From IMG/VR virus record IMGVR_UViG_3300029998_000021: a DNA stretch of 64,000 nt; one strand, given 5' to 3'. A program made the position numbers and the translations under genes. This document shows, one piece after another, positions 27,816-36,957 of this stretch. The notes beneath the pieces are model-generated. The model ran no database searches. It saw only the letters and a program-made list of their open reading frames with translations, and was not told the DNA's origin. The DNA comes from a virus. Taxonomy: Duplodnaviria; Heunggongvirae; Uroviricota; Caudoviricetes. The stretch's first letter is position 1. Each line of letters begins with the position of its first letter.

Positions 27816-28253
27816 TCATAAAACCGAAAGTTTTTTTAATTTTAATTGTCTCTCTTCTTTAAGTGTGTAAAAATATTCAGATATAAAGTCTTCTGTCACT
27901 GGCACACCATTTACACTATAATTATTCCAACTATAATTAGATGAATATGTCGTAGATGTTGTTGATGTACAAGCAGTTGTTGTTGATGTTGTGTTTGAAT
28001 TAAATGTAGATCCTGAATATGGTGGATTATATATTATCGTAGATCCTGAAAGTCCTGAAACTGATGGTGATAAACATGATGACCAATATGTGCCTGGCAC
28101 ACCATATGTCTTAATAGTCTCTTTTATAACTTTATACTTTTGTCCTTTTACAAACATAACATTCTTAAACGGATTAATTAAATTAATAAAAGATTTATTA
28201 CTAGTATAGTAATTCTTTTTACACAACAAAAAATATTCTGTTTTCATAACCAA
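27816..28253 (-). CDS. hypothetical Ser/Thr-rich protein
   Basis: 145 aa, low-complexity S/T/N core. Confidence 0.35.
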   Translation of the reverse strand: MVMKTEYFLLCKKNYYTSNKSFINLINPFKNVMFVKGQKYKVIKETIKTYGVPGTYWSSCLSPSVSGLSGSTIIYNPPYSGSTFNSNTTSTTTACTSTTSTTYSSNYSWNNYSVNGVPVTEDFISEYFYTLKEERQLKLKKLSVL

Positions 28254-29329
28254 AAATCGTCTATATTATCTTTTTTAACTTCTACTTCCTCAATCTCTTT
28301 CTTAATTTCCACAGAAACTTGTTTTTTAATTTTTTCTTTTTTTATTGGCGCGATAAATGCGCCATCATTCAAATCTTCAATTTCATCTACTAATTTTTCA
28401 GAAATAGATGTATAACTACTAATATGATTTGGATCATAATTTAAAATCAACAATTCAGTACCCTTTGTGTCTTTATTATCAGAAAAAGATGCAGATGATC
28501 TAAAAAAATCTCTTTCCAACCAAGTATATTTATCTTTAGGTAGATGCTGAGACAATGCTGGAAAATCATAATATGATAAAGCCCATCTAGATTTCGTTGT
28601 TTTTAGTAATTCTAATAATCTCATATGAGTTTGTTGATTAAAACTATCCTTAACACCATACCAAGATGCTCTCATTCCAGTATCGTTACCATCTTTATCG
28701 TTACTGAAATAAGGAGGATCTAAATAAAAAAATGTATCTTCCGAATCATACATTTTTATCAATTCTTCAAAATCTAAACTATGAACATTCGTAATTTTAG
28801 ATAATTTAACTTGATATTCTTTCTTTTTTAATTTATTAATAAGAGCATATAATTTAATTTTATTATTTCCTCCCATTCCACTATAACCACCGCTTCTTGG
28901 AAACACCCCATTAAAAGTTGATGTTAATAAAAATGCATATTTTACACCAGCATCAAAATCAGGAATATTAGTTGGTGGATTATCTAAAAAATTTGTAGCA
29001 CTTTTATCGTGTTTATAAGAATAAAATATATCTTTATGAAATTGTTTATATTCCTCACCAGTTTTATCAGTTTTTAAAAATCCATTATTTATTTCATTTT
29101 CAATTTTAGATAAAAATATTTTATGTTCTTTTAAACAGGCAAATAAATTAGCCATATGTTTATTATAATCATTGTATATTATATTTTTAACATTAGAATA
29201 GTCTAATCCTATTGTTGTATATACCCACATTGCGCCAGAAAATGGTTCCGCAAAAGTTTTTATATTTTTTGGTATATAATCGTATATCCAATTAGACATT
29301 TTGCTCTTCGCGCCAAAGTATGAAATCAT
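28244..29329 (-). CDS. dam: DNA N6-adenine methyltransferase (Dam-like) with Lys/Glu-rich C-terminal extension
   Basis: Motif I FAEPFSGAMWV, motif IV FYLDPPYF. Confidence 0.8.
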   Translation of the reverse strand: MISYFGAKSKMSNWIYDYIPKNIKTFAEPFSGAMWVYTTIGLDYSNVKNIIYNDYNKHMANLFACLKEHKIFLSKIENEINNGFLKTDKTGEEYKQFHKDIFYSYKHDKSATNFLDNPPTNIPDFDAGVKYAFLLTSTFNGVFPRSGGYSGMGGNNKIKLYALINKLKKKEYQVKLSKITNVHSLDFEELIKMYDSEDTFFYLDPPYFSNDKDGNDTGMRASWYGVKDSFNQQTHMRLLELLKTTKSRWALSYYDFPALSQHLPKDKYTWLERDFFRSSASFSDNKDTKGTELLILNYDPNHISSYTSISEKLVDEIEDLNDGAFIAPIKKEKIKKQVSVEIKKEIEEVEVKKDNIDDFWL

Positions 29330-29351
29330 ATTAATTATATTTTTTATTTAT

Positions 29352-30284
29352 TTAGTTATATTTTTTTCCTTTGTTTAGATTTCCTTCATAAAAAATATCA
29401 TCAACATATCTATTAGTTGACCACATTGGATTTAGATTAGATAAAGCATTAACTACTGATGGTAAATCAATAGAATCAAAAGTTCCAACACTACGGATAT
29501 GATCAACATACCACTCACCATAATTTTCCCAATTCATACCTTCTATCCAATTTTTTTCTATATGTTCTTTTAATTCCATAGCAGAATAACCAAGTGAATT
29601 TAATGTTGTGTCAAATTTTTCTTGTTTTAATTGTACAATTGTTCTTCTTAATAATGACCGCCATAATACAATATGTTTATTTTTAGAATTATACTCGTTA
29701 CACCATTTCCTTTTCGATTCTTTACCTTTTTCAGACTGGCTATATTCTTTTTTCTTTTGCTTGAAATATTCCTTATGATTATTATAATATATCTTAAAAT
29801 TTTCACTTACTTCTTCTATATGGCTTTCACGTCTATTTTTATTTTTTAGTTGATAATATTCTTTATTATCGTTATAATTTTGTAATATTTTATCATGTTT
29901 TTCTTCTCTATATTTTTTTGTTTTCTCTTTATATCTCTCTTTATTCAAAATATAATATTTTTTCTGATTTTCTTTAATCAATTCCTTATTATTTTCTCTA
30001 TAAATTTTCTGTTTTTCTTTAATCTGTTCTTTATTTTCAATATTATATTCTTTTACATGGTTTTTTATATATTCTTTATTTTCTTCATAATAAATTCTAC
30101 ACTTATCTGAAACTTGCTTCTTATTTTTTAAATAATTATTTCTTTTATTTTCAGAATAGCATATTTTGCAAATATTTCTTCTATTATTATTTGAATGTAA
30201 CAAAAATTCTTCAACATCTTTCTCTTCCCCACACTTTTTACATATTTTTCTCATAACTGTAATATTCTTTTTTCTCAATTGCAT
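29352..30284 (-). CDS. HNH-type endonuclease with N-terminal CxxC zinc finger and K/E/N/Y-rich repeats
   Basis: CKKCG...CKIC; C-term GYSAMELKEHIE...GMNWENYGEWYVDHIRSV...NLNPMW (His-Me finger); paralog of 57823..58524. Confidence 0.55.
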   Translation of the reverse strand: MQLRKKNITVMRKICKKCGEEKDVEEFLLHSNNNRRNICKICYSENKRNNYLKNKKQVSDKCRIYYEENKEYIKNHVKEYNIENKEQIKEKQKIYRENNKELIKENQKKYYILNKERYKEKTKKYREEKHDKILQNYNDNKEYYQLKNKNRRESHIEEVSENFKIYYNNHKEYFKQKKKEYSQSEKGKESKRKWCNEYNSKNKHIVLWRSLLRRTIVQLKQEKFDTTLNSLGYSAMELKEHIEKNWIEGMNWENYGEWYVDHIRSVGTFDSIDLPSVVNALSNLNPMWSTNRYVDDIFYEGNLNKGKKYN

Positions 30285-30417
30285 TATTTTTAATTAAATC
30301 ATCATAAATTAAATATTCAATATATTTTGAACAATTTTCAATATTACTTTTTAAGTATTCTCTAATTTCAATGCTTAAAGCAACTGAAATCTTTTCTTTT
30401 GTTTTTATCTTTTTCAT
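30238..30417 (-). CDS. small ORF (59 aa), possible ribbon-helix-helix protein
   Basis: MKKIKTKEKISVALSIEIREYLKSN...; not in ORF track (<60 aa); preceded by 30-nt motif. Confidence 0.3.
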   Translation of the reverse strand: MKKIKTKEKISVALSIEIREYLKSNIENCSKYIEYLIYDDLIKNNAIEKKEYYSYEKNM

Positions 30418-30436
30418 AAAATAGGTATTTTATAGG

Positions 30437-30466
30437 TATATATAAATAAAATAAAGTCATATTTTT
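30437..30466 (+). repeat. 30-nt motif copy 3 (contains TATAAATA at 30441-30448)
   Basis: Identical 30-mer; lies between divergent small RHH-like ORFs. Confidence 0.7.
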
Positions 30467-30512
30467 CCATTTTTAAATATTTTTTTGACTATAATTAAAA
30501 AAACATTTTTAT

Positions 30513-30650
30513 ATGATAAAACCTAAAAAAAAATCTATTGGAATAACAATAGATAAAGAACTTAATGAAAAACTTGAAAAATATTTAAAAGAAAAAAAAT
30601 TAAGTAAATCTGAGTATATAGAATTTCTAATAAAAAAAGATAAAGAGTAA
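30513..30650 (+). CDS. ribbon-helix-helix (CopG/Arc-like) small DNA-binding protein, 45 aa
   Basis: MIKPKKKSIGITIDKELNEKLEKYLKEKKLSKSEYIEFLIKKDKE: beta-strand then two helices; not in ORF track. Confidence 0.45.
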   Translation: MIKPKKKSIGITIDKELNEKLEKYLKEKKLSKSEYIEFLIKKDKE

Positions 30651-30714
30651 TTTTTGCAGATTTGCAAATAAGCATATTTTATTTTTTATTTTTTTTTAAT
30701 ATATAGAATAAAAA

Positions 30715-31473
30715 ATGCTTATGAGAAAAAATTACGGATGGAGTCCAGACCTCCCAGATCAAAGAGACTACGTTTACACAATGTCTCATATTACAACTTT
30801 ACCAACTAAAATTGATTTAAGACCATTATGTCCGCCAGTTTATGATCAAGGTCAACTTGGGTCATGTACGGGGAATGCAATTGCTGGTTCAATAGAATAT
30901 GAACAAATAAAGAAAAAAATACTAAAACCTTTTGTTCCATCTAGATTATTTATCTATTATAACGAACGAGTTATTGAAAATACTGTCAATCAAGATTCTG
31001 GTGCTATGATACGTGATGGAATGAAAGCAGTAAGCACACAAGGTGCTTGCAATGAAACAACTTGGCCATATATTATTTCAAAATTCAAAACAAAACCAAA
31101 CGCAACAGCATTTAAAGAAGGATTAAAATATGAAGCAAAAGTTTATTCAAGAGTTACACAAGACTTAAATTCTTTAAAACAGTGCCTTGCTTCTGGTGAT
31201 CCTTTTGTATTTGGATTTACAGTTTATTCAAGTTTTGAATCAGCCACTGTTACAAAAACAGGAATTGTACCAATGCCAGCATCTAATGAATCAGTACTAG
31301 GTGGACATGCTGTACTATGTGTAGGCTATGATGATTCTATTCAAAGATTTATTGTTAGAAATAGTTGGGGACCTACTTGGGGGATGAAAGGTTACTTCAC
31401 TATGCCTTATGCTTATTTAACAAATAATAATTTAGCAGATGATATTTGGGTTATAAAAGACGTTAATATTTAA
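30715..31473 (+). CDS. papain-like cysteine protease (C1 family)
   Basis: QGQLGSCTGNA (Gln/Cys), GGHAVLCVGYD (His), RNSWGPTWG (Asn-Ser-Trp). Confidence 0.85.
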   Translation: MLMRKNYGWSPDLPDQRDYVYTMSHITTLPTKIDLRPLCPPVYDQGQLGSCTGNAIAGSIEYEQIKKKILKPFVPSRLFIYYNERVIENTVNQDSGAMIRDGMKAVSTQGACNETTWPYIISKFKTKPNATAFKEGLKYEAKVYSRVTQDLNSLKQCLASGDPFVFGFTVYSSFESATVTKTGIVPMPASNESVLGGHAVLCVGYDDSIQRFIVRNSWGPTWGMKGYFTMPYAYLTNNNLADDIWVIKDVNI

Positions 31474-31481
31474 TAAGGAAG

Positions 31482-31512
31482 AAAATCCAGAGAAATCTGG
31501 ATTTTTTATTTT
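31482..31512 (+). terminator. rho-independent terminator AAAATCCAGA-GAAA-TCTGGATTTT
   Basis: 10-bp stem plus T-run; near-identical copy at 32447-32480. Confidence 0.65.
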
Positions 31513-31597
31513 TAAAATATTTTTTATTTAAAAAAATTTGTTTTATATTTGTAGTCATTCTTATTATAAACATTAATTCATAAAAAATTCAAAAAAC

Positions 31598-32428
31598 ATG
31601 AAAAAAATTAAATTTTTATTTCTATCATTGGTAGTAGCATTGTTATTTTCAAGTTGTTATCAAGTTCAACCAGATGCTGGTGTAGAATCTGTACTCATTT
31701 ACAAACCAGCTATTTTCGGACATGGTGGCGTGGACAAAACACCAATTTCAACAGGATCTACGTGGTGTGTATTCACTACAGAGCATAAAGAATTCACTAT
31801 CACACCTGAAACAATTACAGAAGATTTCGTAAACATGATTCCATCTGATAACACACCAGTTTCATTCAGTGCTTATTTGAAAGTTCAAGTTCAAAGCGGA
31901 AAAACACCAATACTTTATGATAAATTTTCTAATGAATGGTATAAACACAGTTTACAAGCGTCATTTAGAACAATGGTACGAGATAAAGCATGTGCATTTA
32001 AAATGTTTGATTTAGCAAGCAAACGGGAAATTTCAGCTAAACTTGAACGAGATATTTTCACTGACATAACAACATATGCAAAGAACTTAAATTTACCTGT
32101 TGATATTCTTCAAGTATCAATTGGAGCAATCACACCTCCAGAACAAGTTTTAACTGAAACTAAATTAACAGCAGCCCAAAACCAAAGTATTTTAACACAA
32201 AATGCAAGAGCCGATGCAGAATTTGCCAGAAAACAAGCTGAAATTAATAAAGCTATTGCTGATAAAGCATACAAAAATGAAATGGGTATGTCAGTATCAG
32301 AGTATCTTAGTTTAAGGCATCTTGAAATTGAAAAGGAAAAAGTTGAACTTGTTAAAGATAAAAAAGATGCAAATTTAACATTTATCTTTGGTAGTGCAAC
32401 ACCAGTTTATAACGCCGGAGGTAAATAA
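31598..32428 (+). CDS. SPFH/band-7 domain lipoprotein
   Basis: Lipobox LLFSSC; SPFH-like core and Ala/Gln-rich helical C-terminus (TAAQNQSILTQNARADAEFARKQAEINKAIADKA). Confidence 0.65.
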   Translation: MKKIKFLFLSLVVALLFSSCYQVQPDAGVESVLIYKPAIFGHGGVDKTPISTGSTWCVFTTEHKEFTITPETITEDFVNMIPSDNTPVSFSAYLKVQVQSGKTPILYDKFSNEWYKHSLQASFRTMVRDKACAFKMFDLASKREISAKLERDIFTDITTYAKNLNLPVDILQVSIGAITPPEQVLTETKLTAAQNQSILTQNARADAEFARKQAEINKAIADKAYKNEMGMSVSEYLSLRHLEIEKEKVELVKDKKDANLTFIFGSATPVYNAGGK

Positions 32429-32446
32429 AAACTTATAAATCATAAT

Positions 32447-32480
32447 AAAAAATCCAGATAAATCTGGATTTTTTTATTTT
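32447..32480 (+). terminator. rho-independent terminator (repeat of 31482 hairpin)
   Basis: AAAAATCCAGATAAATCTGGATTTTTTTATTTT. Confidence 0.65.
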
Positions 32481-32555
32481 AAAAAATTCCATACATTAGT
32501 AAAGTATAAAAACTTTTAATAATATTTATCATATAAAATAAAATAAATAAAACAC

Positions 32556-33572
32556 ATGTCAGTTAAAATTTTTTCAAGTTCAAAATCAATTTATTTAGCC
32601 AAAAAAATTGCAGATTCATATGGTATTGAATTAAGTAAAAGTGATTTTAAAGTATTTTCAGATGGTGAATTTTGTCATGGACTAGATGAAAGTGTAAGAG
32701 GCGATAAAGTTTTTATTGTTTCTTCATTATACTCATCTTATAATGAAGCAGAAAAGATTATACAACTTATTCCAGAAGAAAAACAAGAAGAAGCAAAAAA
32801 ATATCTAAAATATTTAATATCTTCTTCTGATAGTGTTTTTGAACTTTTACAAATGATAGATGCTGCTAAAAGAGCATCAGCAAAAGATATTGTCGCGGTT
32901 ATTCCTTATTTTGGCTGGGCTCGTCAAGATAGAAAAGATAAAGGACGGGTACCAATTACCGCAAAATTATTAGCAAATATTATTACAAACGCTGGCGCAA
33001 CAAGAATCATCACAATGGATCTTCATGCAGATCAAATTCAAGGATTCTTTGATATTCCAGTTGATGCATTAAGAAGCTCTTATATTTTCGCACCATATAT
33101 TGAATCGTTAAACCTTAAAAATCTTATTATTGGATCACCAGATGAAGGTGGCGGCAAAAGAGCAAAAACATATGCAGAACATTTCAAAACTCGTATGATT
33201 TTTATGTATAAAGAAAGAAGTACAGCAAATATGATTGATAAAATGGAACTTATTGGTGATGTTAATGGTTGTAATGTTGTATTTATTGATGATATTATTG
33301 ATACTGCTGGTACAATAACAACAGCGGCTGATATTTTAATCAACAAAAAAGGTGCAAAAAGTGTCAGAGCATGTATTCCACATGCAGTTTTATCAGGCCC
33401 AGCATACGAAAGAATTGAAAATTCAAAAATAACAGAAATTATAATAACAGATACAATTCCGTTAAATATGAAATCAAATAAAATAAAAGTTTTAAGTGTT
33501 TGTGATTTATTTTCAAAAGCTATTTATAGAATGAATAATCATGAATCAATTTCAACTTTATTTAAAAAATAA
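32556..33572 (+). CDS. prs: ribose-phosphate pyrophosphokinase (PRPP synthetase)
   Basis: VIPYFGWARQDRK, DLHADQIQGFFDIPVD, VVFIDDIIDTAGTI (PRPP-binding), TDTIPL. Confidence 0.9.
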   Translation: MSVKIFSSSKSIYLAKKIADSYGIELSKSDFKVFSDGEFCHGLDESVRGDKVFIVSSLYSSYNEAEKIIQLIPEEKQEEAKKYLKYLISSSDSVFELLQMIDAAKRASAKDIVAVIPYFGWARQDRKDKGRVPITAKLLANIITNAGATRIITMDLHADQIQGFFDIPVDALRSSYIFAPYIESLNLKNLIIGSPDEGGGKRAKTYAEHFKTRMIFMYKERSTANMIDKMELIGDVNGCNVVFIDDIIDTAGTITTAADILINKKGAKSVRACIPHAVLSGPAYERIENSKITEIIITDTIPLNMKSNKIKVLSVCDLFSKAIYRMNNHESISTLFKK

Positions 33573-33581
33573 TAAAATAAT

Positions 33582-33845
33582 ATGAAAAGAAAAACATTCT
33601 ACACTTCACAAAATATAGACGTGGATTGTGAATATGACATTGATTTTAATGACTTATTACAACTTGTTGAAAGTTGTAATAAAAAAGAATTAGAAAAAAT
33701 AAGAGAATTAACTGATAATAATTCTGATATAAACACAAATAATTTATACGACGAAAACAAATTAAGAGTATTAAAAGTAGCCTTCGACAAATATACTCTT
33801 GAAGAATTACAAAAAATATTAAATATTAAAAACAACGAGTATTAA
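33582..33845 (+). CDS. hypothetical protein
   Basis: 87-aa ORF. Confidence 0.35.
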   Translation: MKRKTFYTSQNIDVDCEYDIDFNDLLQLVESCNKKELEKIRELTDNNSDINTNNLYDENKLRVLKVAFDKYTLEELQKILNIKNNEY

Positions 33846-34051
33846 TGTCAATCAATCAAGAAATATATTCAAAATATTACAATGATCGCTTTAAATTAAA
33901 TCAAGAAGCATATTCAAAATATTACAATGATTACTTTGACAAATCTCCATTAACATTTAATACCTGGTACGGAACAGAAATATATATAAAATATATCACT
34001 ATATTGTCAAGAAAAAGAAAATTACAAAAAATATGTCAGCAATCTCATTAA
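33845..34051 (+). CDS. hypothetical small protein with internal repeat (EIYSKYYNDRF / EAYSKYYNDYF)
   Basis: 68-aa ORF. Confidence 0.3.
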   Translation: MSINQEIYSKYYNDRFKLNQEAYSKYYNDYFDKSPLTFNTWYGTEIYIKYITILSRKRKLQKICQQSH

Positions 34052-34117
34052 TTTTAATTCTATACACAATTATATTATTTATAATGGATAGAGTCAATAA
34101 AAATAAAATAAATAATT

Positions 34118-34822
34118 ATGATCACTAAAGTAACGATTACAGGACCAGATGATAGTATAGATCCATCAGAATTAATATCACTAAACAACAAATATCCTTT
34201 CGTAGAATGGGGTATTTTAGTTTCTCAAAAACATTTTGGAGCAAATAGATTTCCAAGTATGGAATGGATTAAAAAACTGGAATTAGTAAAAAAAGACCAT
34301 CCAGAAATTAAACTTTCATGTCATTTATGCGGGAAATATGTAAAGGATTTATGTTTAGGCTCTGACTTAGCAATAAAAGAACTTGGCGAACTTTGGAATA
34401 TGTTTGACCGTGTTCAGATTAATTTTCATGGCATATCACATAACAAAAGCATTGATTTCATACACTTGCTTTTAGAACAGAAAGGTAAAGAATTTATTTT
34501 TCAATTCGATGATGTAAATAATGGAATAATTGAATCTGTTTCAAAATCTGGTGTTAATTGTTCTGCATTATTTGACACTTCAGGAGGGGCAGGAATCTTA
34601 CCAAATGAGTGGCCAGAACCATTACAAAACATAAAATGTGGATATGCTGGTGGTATTTCACCAGAAAATATTGAGGCACAAATTAAACTTATTGAATCTA
34701 AAGTTGGAGAAACTAAAATTTGGATTGATATGGAAACACATATAAGATCAAATAATGACTACCAATTTGATTTAAACAAAGTCGAAAAATGCTTAGAAAT
34801 TTCGTGTAAGTATGTTTCTTGA
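34118..34822 (+). CDS. TrpF (phosphoribosylanthranilate isomerase)-like TIM-barrel protein
   Basis: VQINFHGISHNK, LFDTSGGAGILPNEW, CGYAGGISPENI, IWIDMETHIRSNNDYQFDLNKV parallel PRAI motifs (QLHGdE, GGtGk.fdW, LAGGL.p.NV, GVDvsSGvE). Confidence 0.4.
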   Translation: MITKVTITGPDDSIDPSELISLNNKYPFVEWGILVSQKHFGANRFPSMEWIKKLELVKKDHPEIKLSCHLCGKYVKDLCLGSDLAIKELGELWNMFDRVQINFHGISHNKSIDFIHLLLEQKGKEFIFQFDDVNNGIIESVSKSGVNCSALFDTSGGAGILPNEWPEPLQNIKCGYAGGISPENIEAQIKLIESKVGETKIWIDMETHIRSNNDYQFDLNKVEKCLEISCKYVS

Positions 34823-34848
34823 AGAATAAATATTAAAAATTAAAAAAT

Positions 34849-34980
34849 AAAAAAGCCGATGATTAATCGGCTTTTTTTATTTTCTATAAATTCACAGTAC
34901 CATCAATAAAAAAAGCCGATGATTAATCGGCTTTTTTATTTTATTCTTTACAACCATTATAAATTCACAGTACCATCAAT
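34849..34980. repeat. about 60-bp tandem duplication: [terminator AAAAAGCCGATGATTAATCGGCTTTTTT + gene-end fragment] x2
   Basis: Hairpin at 34851-34878 and again at 34911-34937; TATAAATTCACAGTACCATCAAT at 34885-34907 and again at 34958-34980 (encodes ...IDGTVNL* on minus). Confidence 0.6.
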
Positions 34981-36015
34981 ATTATCATTAAATGTTAATG
35001 TACCTATAAAGCATCCTTGACCTAAATTAGTAGGATCCGCAACAGTAAAAGTAATATTAAAATTATATCCTGCCTGTAACCAATTCATAGGAATAAAAGT
35101 AGTTGGAATTGTCGGAGATGTTACTGTTATAGCAGTAATTGCTTTTGTTGCAGATGCAACATAACCATCTTTTCTAACAATACTATATGTAACTGTAAAA
35201 GATGATGCACCTTTTGCAAATAATTCAAAAACATTACTCAAATCTGTAACAACAACACCATCTATTTTATAAGTTGGTGTTCCACCGCCATTTGCAGCGC
35301 CAGATCCAATAACATCAACATTTTTTGTAAAAGATGTAAGATTTGTATTTTTTAATGGCACAGAATTAAAACTTCTATTATTCTTTGCATTATTTATTAG
35401 CCAATAGGAAGGCATTTGAACAATTTTATCATAATCAACATCTGCAATATTACCAGAAAAAGTAAAATGAAAATCATAATTCGTATTCTTAATTAAATCG
35501 TCAACATTCATTTTCAATCTAGAATCTATTTCATAGAGGTTAATTGTTATCGTTGGAATATTCACATCAGTCCATCCTAATACACCGCTATCATAAATAC
35601 CATAATATTTAATTTTACCATCAGAATCAAGACCCTTTACAACAACACGGGTTCTCATATTTAATGGCACCTCTATAAAACAAGTTGTACAAGTATTAGG
35701 ATAATCTACTGTCCAAATAGGAGAATTGTGTGATTGTGGATCAGTACCATCTTTAAATAATCCATTTTTAGCAAGTACCCAAGTAGTAGATGTACTTCCT
35801 GCATTACCACCAGTAACCCAAAACTCATATTGTAGTTTTGTAATTTGATTACCTGGAATTTGGTCTAAACTTTTTGTCACAAGTTCAGAACCTTGAACCA
35901 ATGTCACCTGAGGATACAGCATTTTACCTGTTGTAGTAGGAATAACATTATTTTTTTTACAAGACATAAATGCTAAAATAAATAGCATCATTGAAAATAA
36001 TAAAAATTTCTTCAT
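34957..36015 (-). CDS. lipoprotein, beta-rich (function unknown)
   Basis: Signal plus lipobox ILAFMSC; 352 aa. Confidence 0.5.
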   Translation of the reverse strand: MKKFLLFSMMLFILAFMSCKKNNVIPTTTGKMLYPQVTLVQGSELVTKSLDQIPGNQITKLQYEFWVTGGNAGSTSTTWVLAKNGLFKDGTDPQSHNSPIWTVDYPNTCTTCFIEVPLNMRTRVVVKGLDSDGKIKYYGIYDSGVLGWTDVNIPTITINLYEIDSRLKMNVDDLIKNTNYDFHFTFSGNIADVDYDKIVQMPSYWLINNAKNNRSFNSVPLKNTNLTSFTKNVDVIGSGAANGGGTPTYKIDGVVVTDLSNVFELFAKGASSFTVTYSIVRKDGYVASATKAITAITVTSPTIPTTFIPMNWLQAGYNFNITFTVADPTNLGQGCFIGTLTFNDNIDGTVNL

Positions 36016-36064
36016 AATTGTTTTTTTTGTTTTTTGTTGTAGTACCTTTTTGTTTGTTTGTTTA

Positions 36065-36520
36065 TTAATTTATTTTTTCATTAACTTCTGATTTATCTTC
36101 TTCTGTCTCTGTTTTAACTTCTGGCGTAACTTTTTCAATATTGGTTTCTTCTATTTTAACCTCAGCATTTTCAGATTTTTCAATCAAATCAAAAGGCATA
36201 TTATCAAATTTCTTCAAGCTCTTAGATATTTTAATAGAATCTTTAGTCTCTTTAATTTTATATTTAAAATATTTTTTAATAGCTTTCCTAACTTTTTTTG
36301 AAAATTTAGCTTTATTTTTTGTCATCTTTTTATAAGCTGAAATTTCTTTAAGAGTTAATTCTCCTTTTTCAATTTTAATTCCATTCTTTTCCAAAATTTC
36401 TTCACATTTCATCATTCTCTCATATTCAATATGAGCTTTCAATTCTTTTTTAATAAATTTTTTGATCTGTTTTTTTTTCATCTTTTTAGTTTTCATATTT
36501 AATTTTTTAATTATTTCCAT
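36065..36520 (-). CDS. Lys-rich hypothetical protein
   Basis: 151 aa, K-rich. Confidence 0.35.
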   Translation of the reverse strand: MEIIKKLNMKTKKMKKKQIKKFIKKELKAHIEYERMMKCEEILEKNGIKIEKGELTLKEISAYKKMTKNKAKFSKKVRKAIKKYFKYKIKETKDSIKISKSLKKFDNMPFDLIEKSENAEVKIEETNIEKVTPEVKTETEEDKSEVNEKIN

Positions 36521-36957
36521 TCGTTTTCAAACTCTTCACGCATTTTCTCATATTTCGTATACATCTCTATAAATCTTTTTGTGTCACTTATAGAAACAAT
36601 ATTACAACTCATAAACATTGGAAAACCATTAATTGCTCTCGGTCCAGCCTTACTATTATCTTCATAAAGCATACCAATAGTTTTTAAAAATTCTTCACGC
36701 TTAGGCGTATCTTCTTCATATTCGATCATATCAGCAATATACTGAAGTTTATTTTTTCTATTTATTTGATTGTTAGTTGAATTTGATGGTTTTGAAGGTG
36801 ACGCACCCATAAACATTGATGGCATAAATACAGAGTCAATCAAATAATCATCACACTGTAAGGATGTAAATATTTTACAATCATACACAGCTCGAACTAA
36901 TTCTTTTAATTCTTCTTCCGTTCTTATTTTATGTTCCCAGTTTGCCATTTTTAACAT
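36511..36957 (-). CDS. hypothetical protein
   Basis: 148-aa ORF. Confidence 0.4.
   Translation of the reverse strand: MLKMANWEHKIRTEEELKELVRAVYDCKIFTSLQCDDYLIDSVFMPSMFMGASPSKPSNSTNNQINRKNKLQYIADMIEYEEDTPKREEFLKTIGMLYEDNSKAGPRAINGFPMFMSCNIVSISDTKRFIEMYTKYEKMREEFENEWK

Noticed and set aside
29700-30150. Repetitive DNA that could be mistaken for a CRISPR or tandem array
   Set aside because: Repeats are imperfect, in-frame and encode the K/E/N/Y-rich arm of the HNH protein; no spacer-repeat periodicity. No CRISPR array anywhere in the window.
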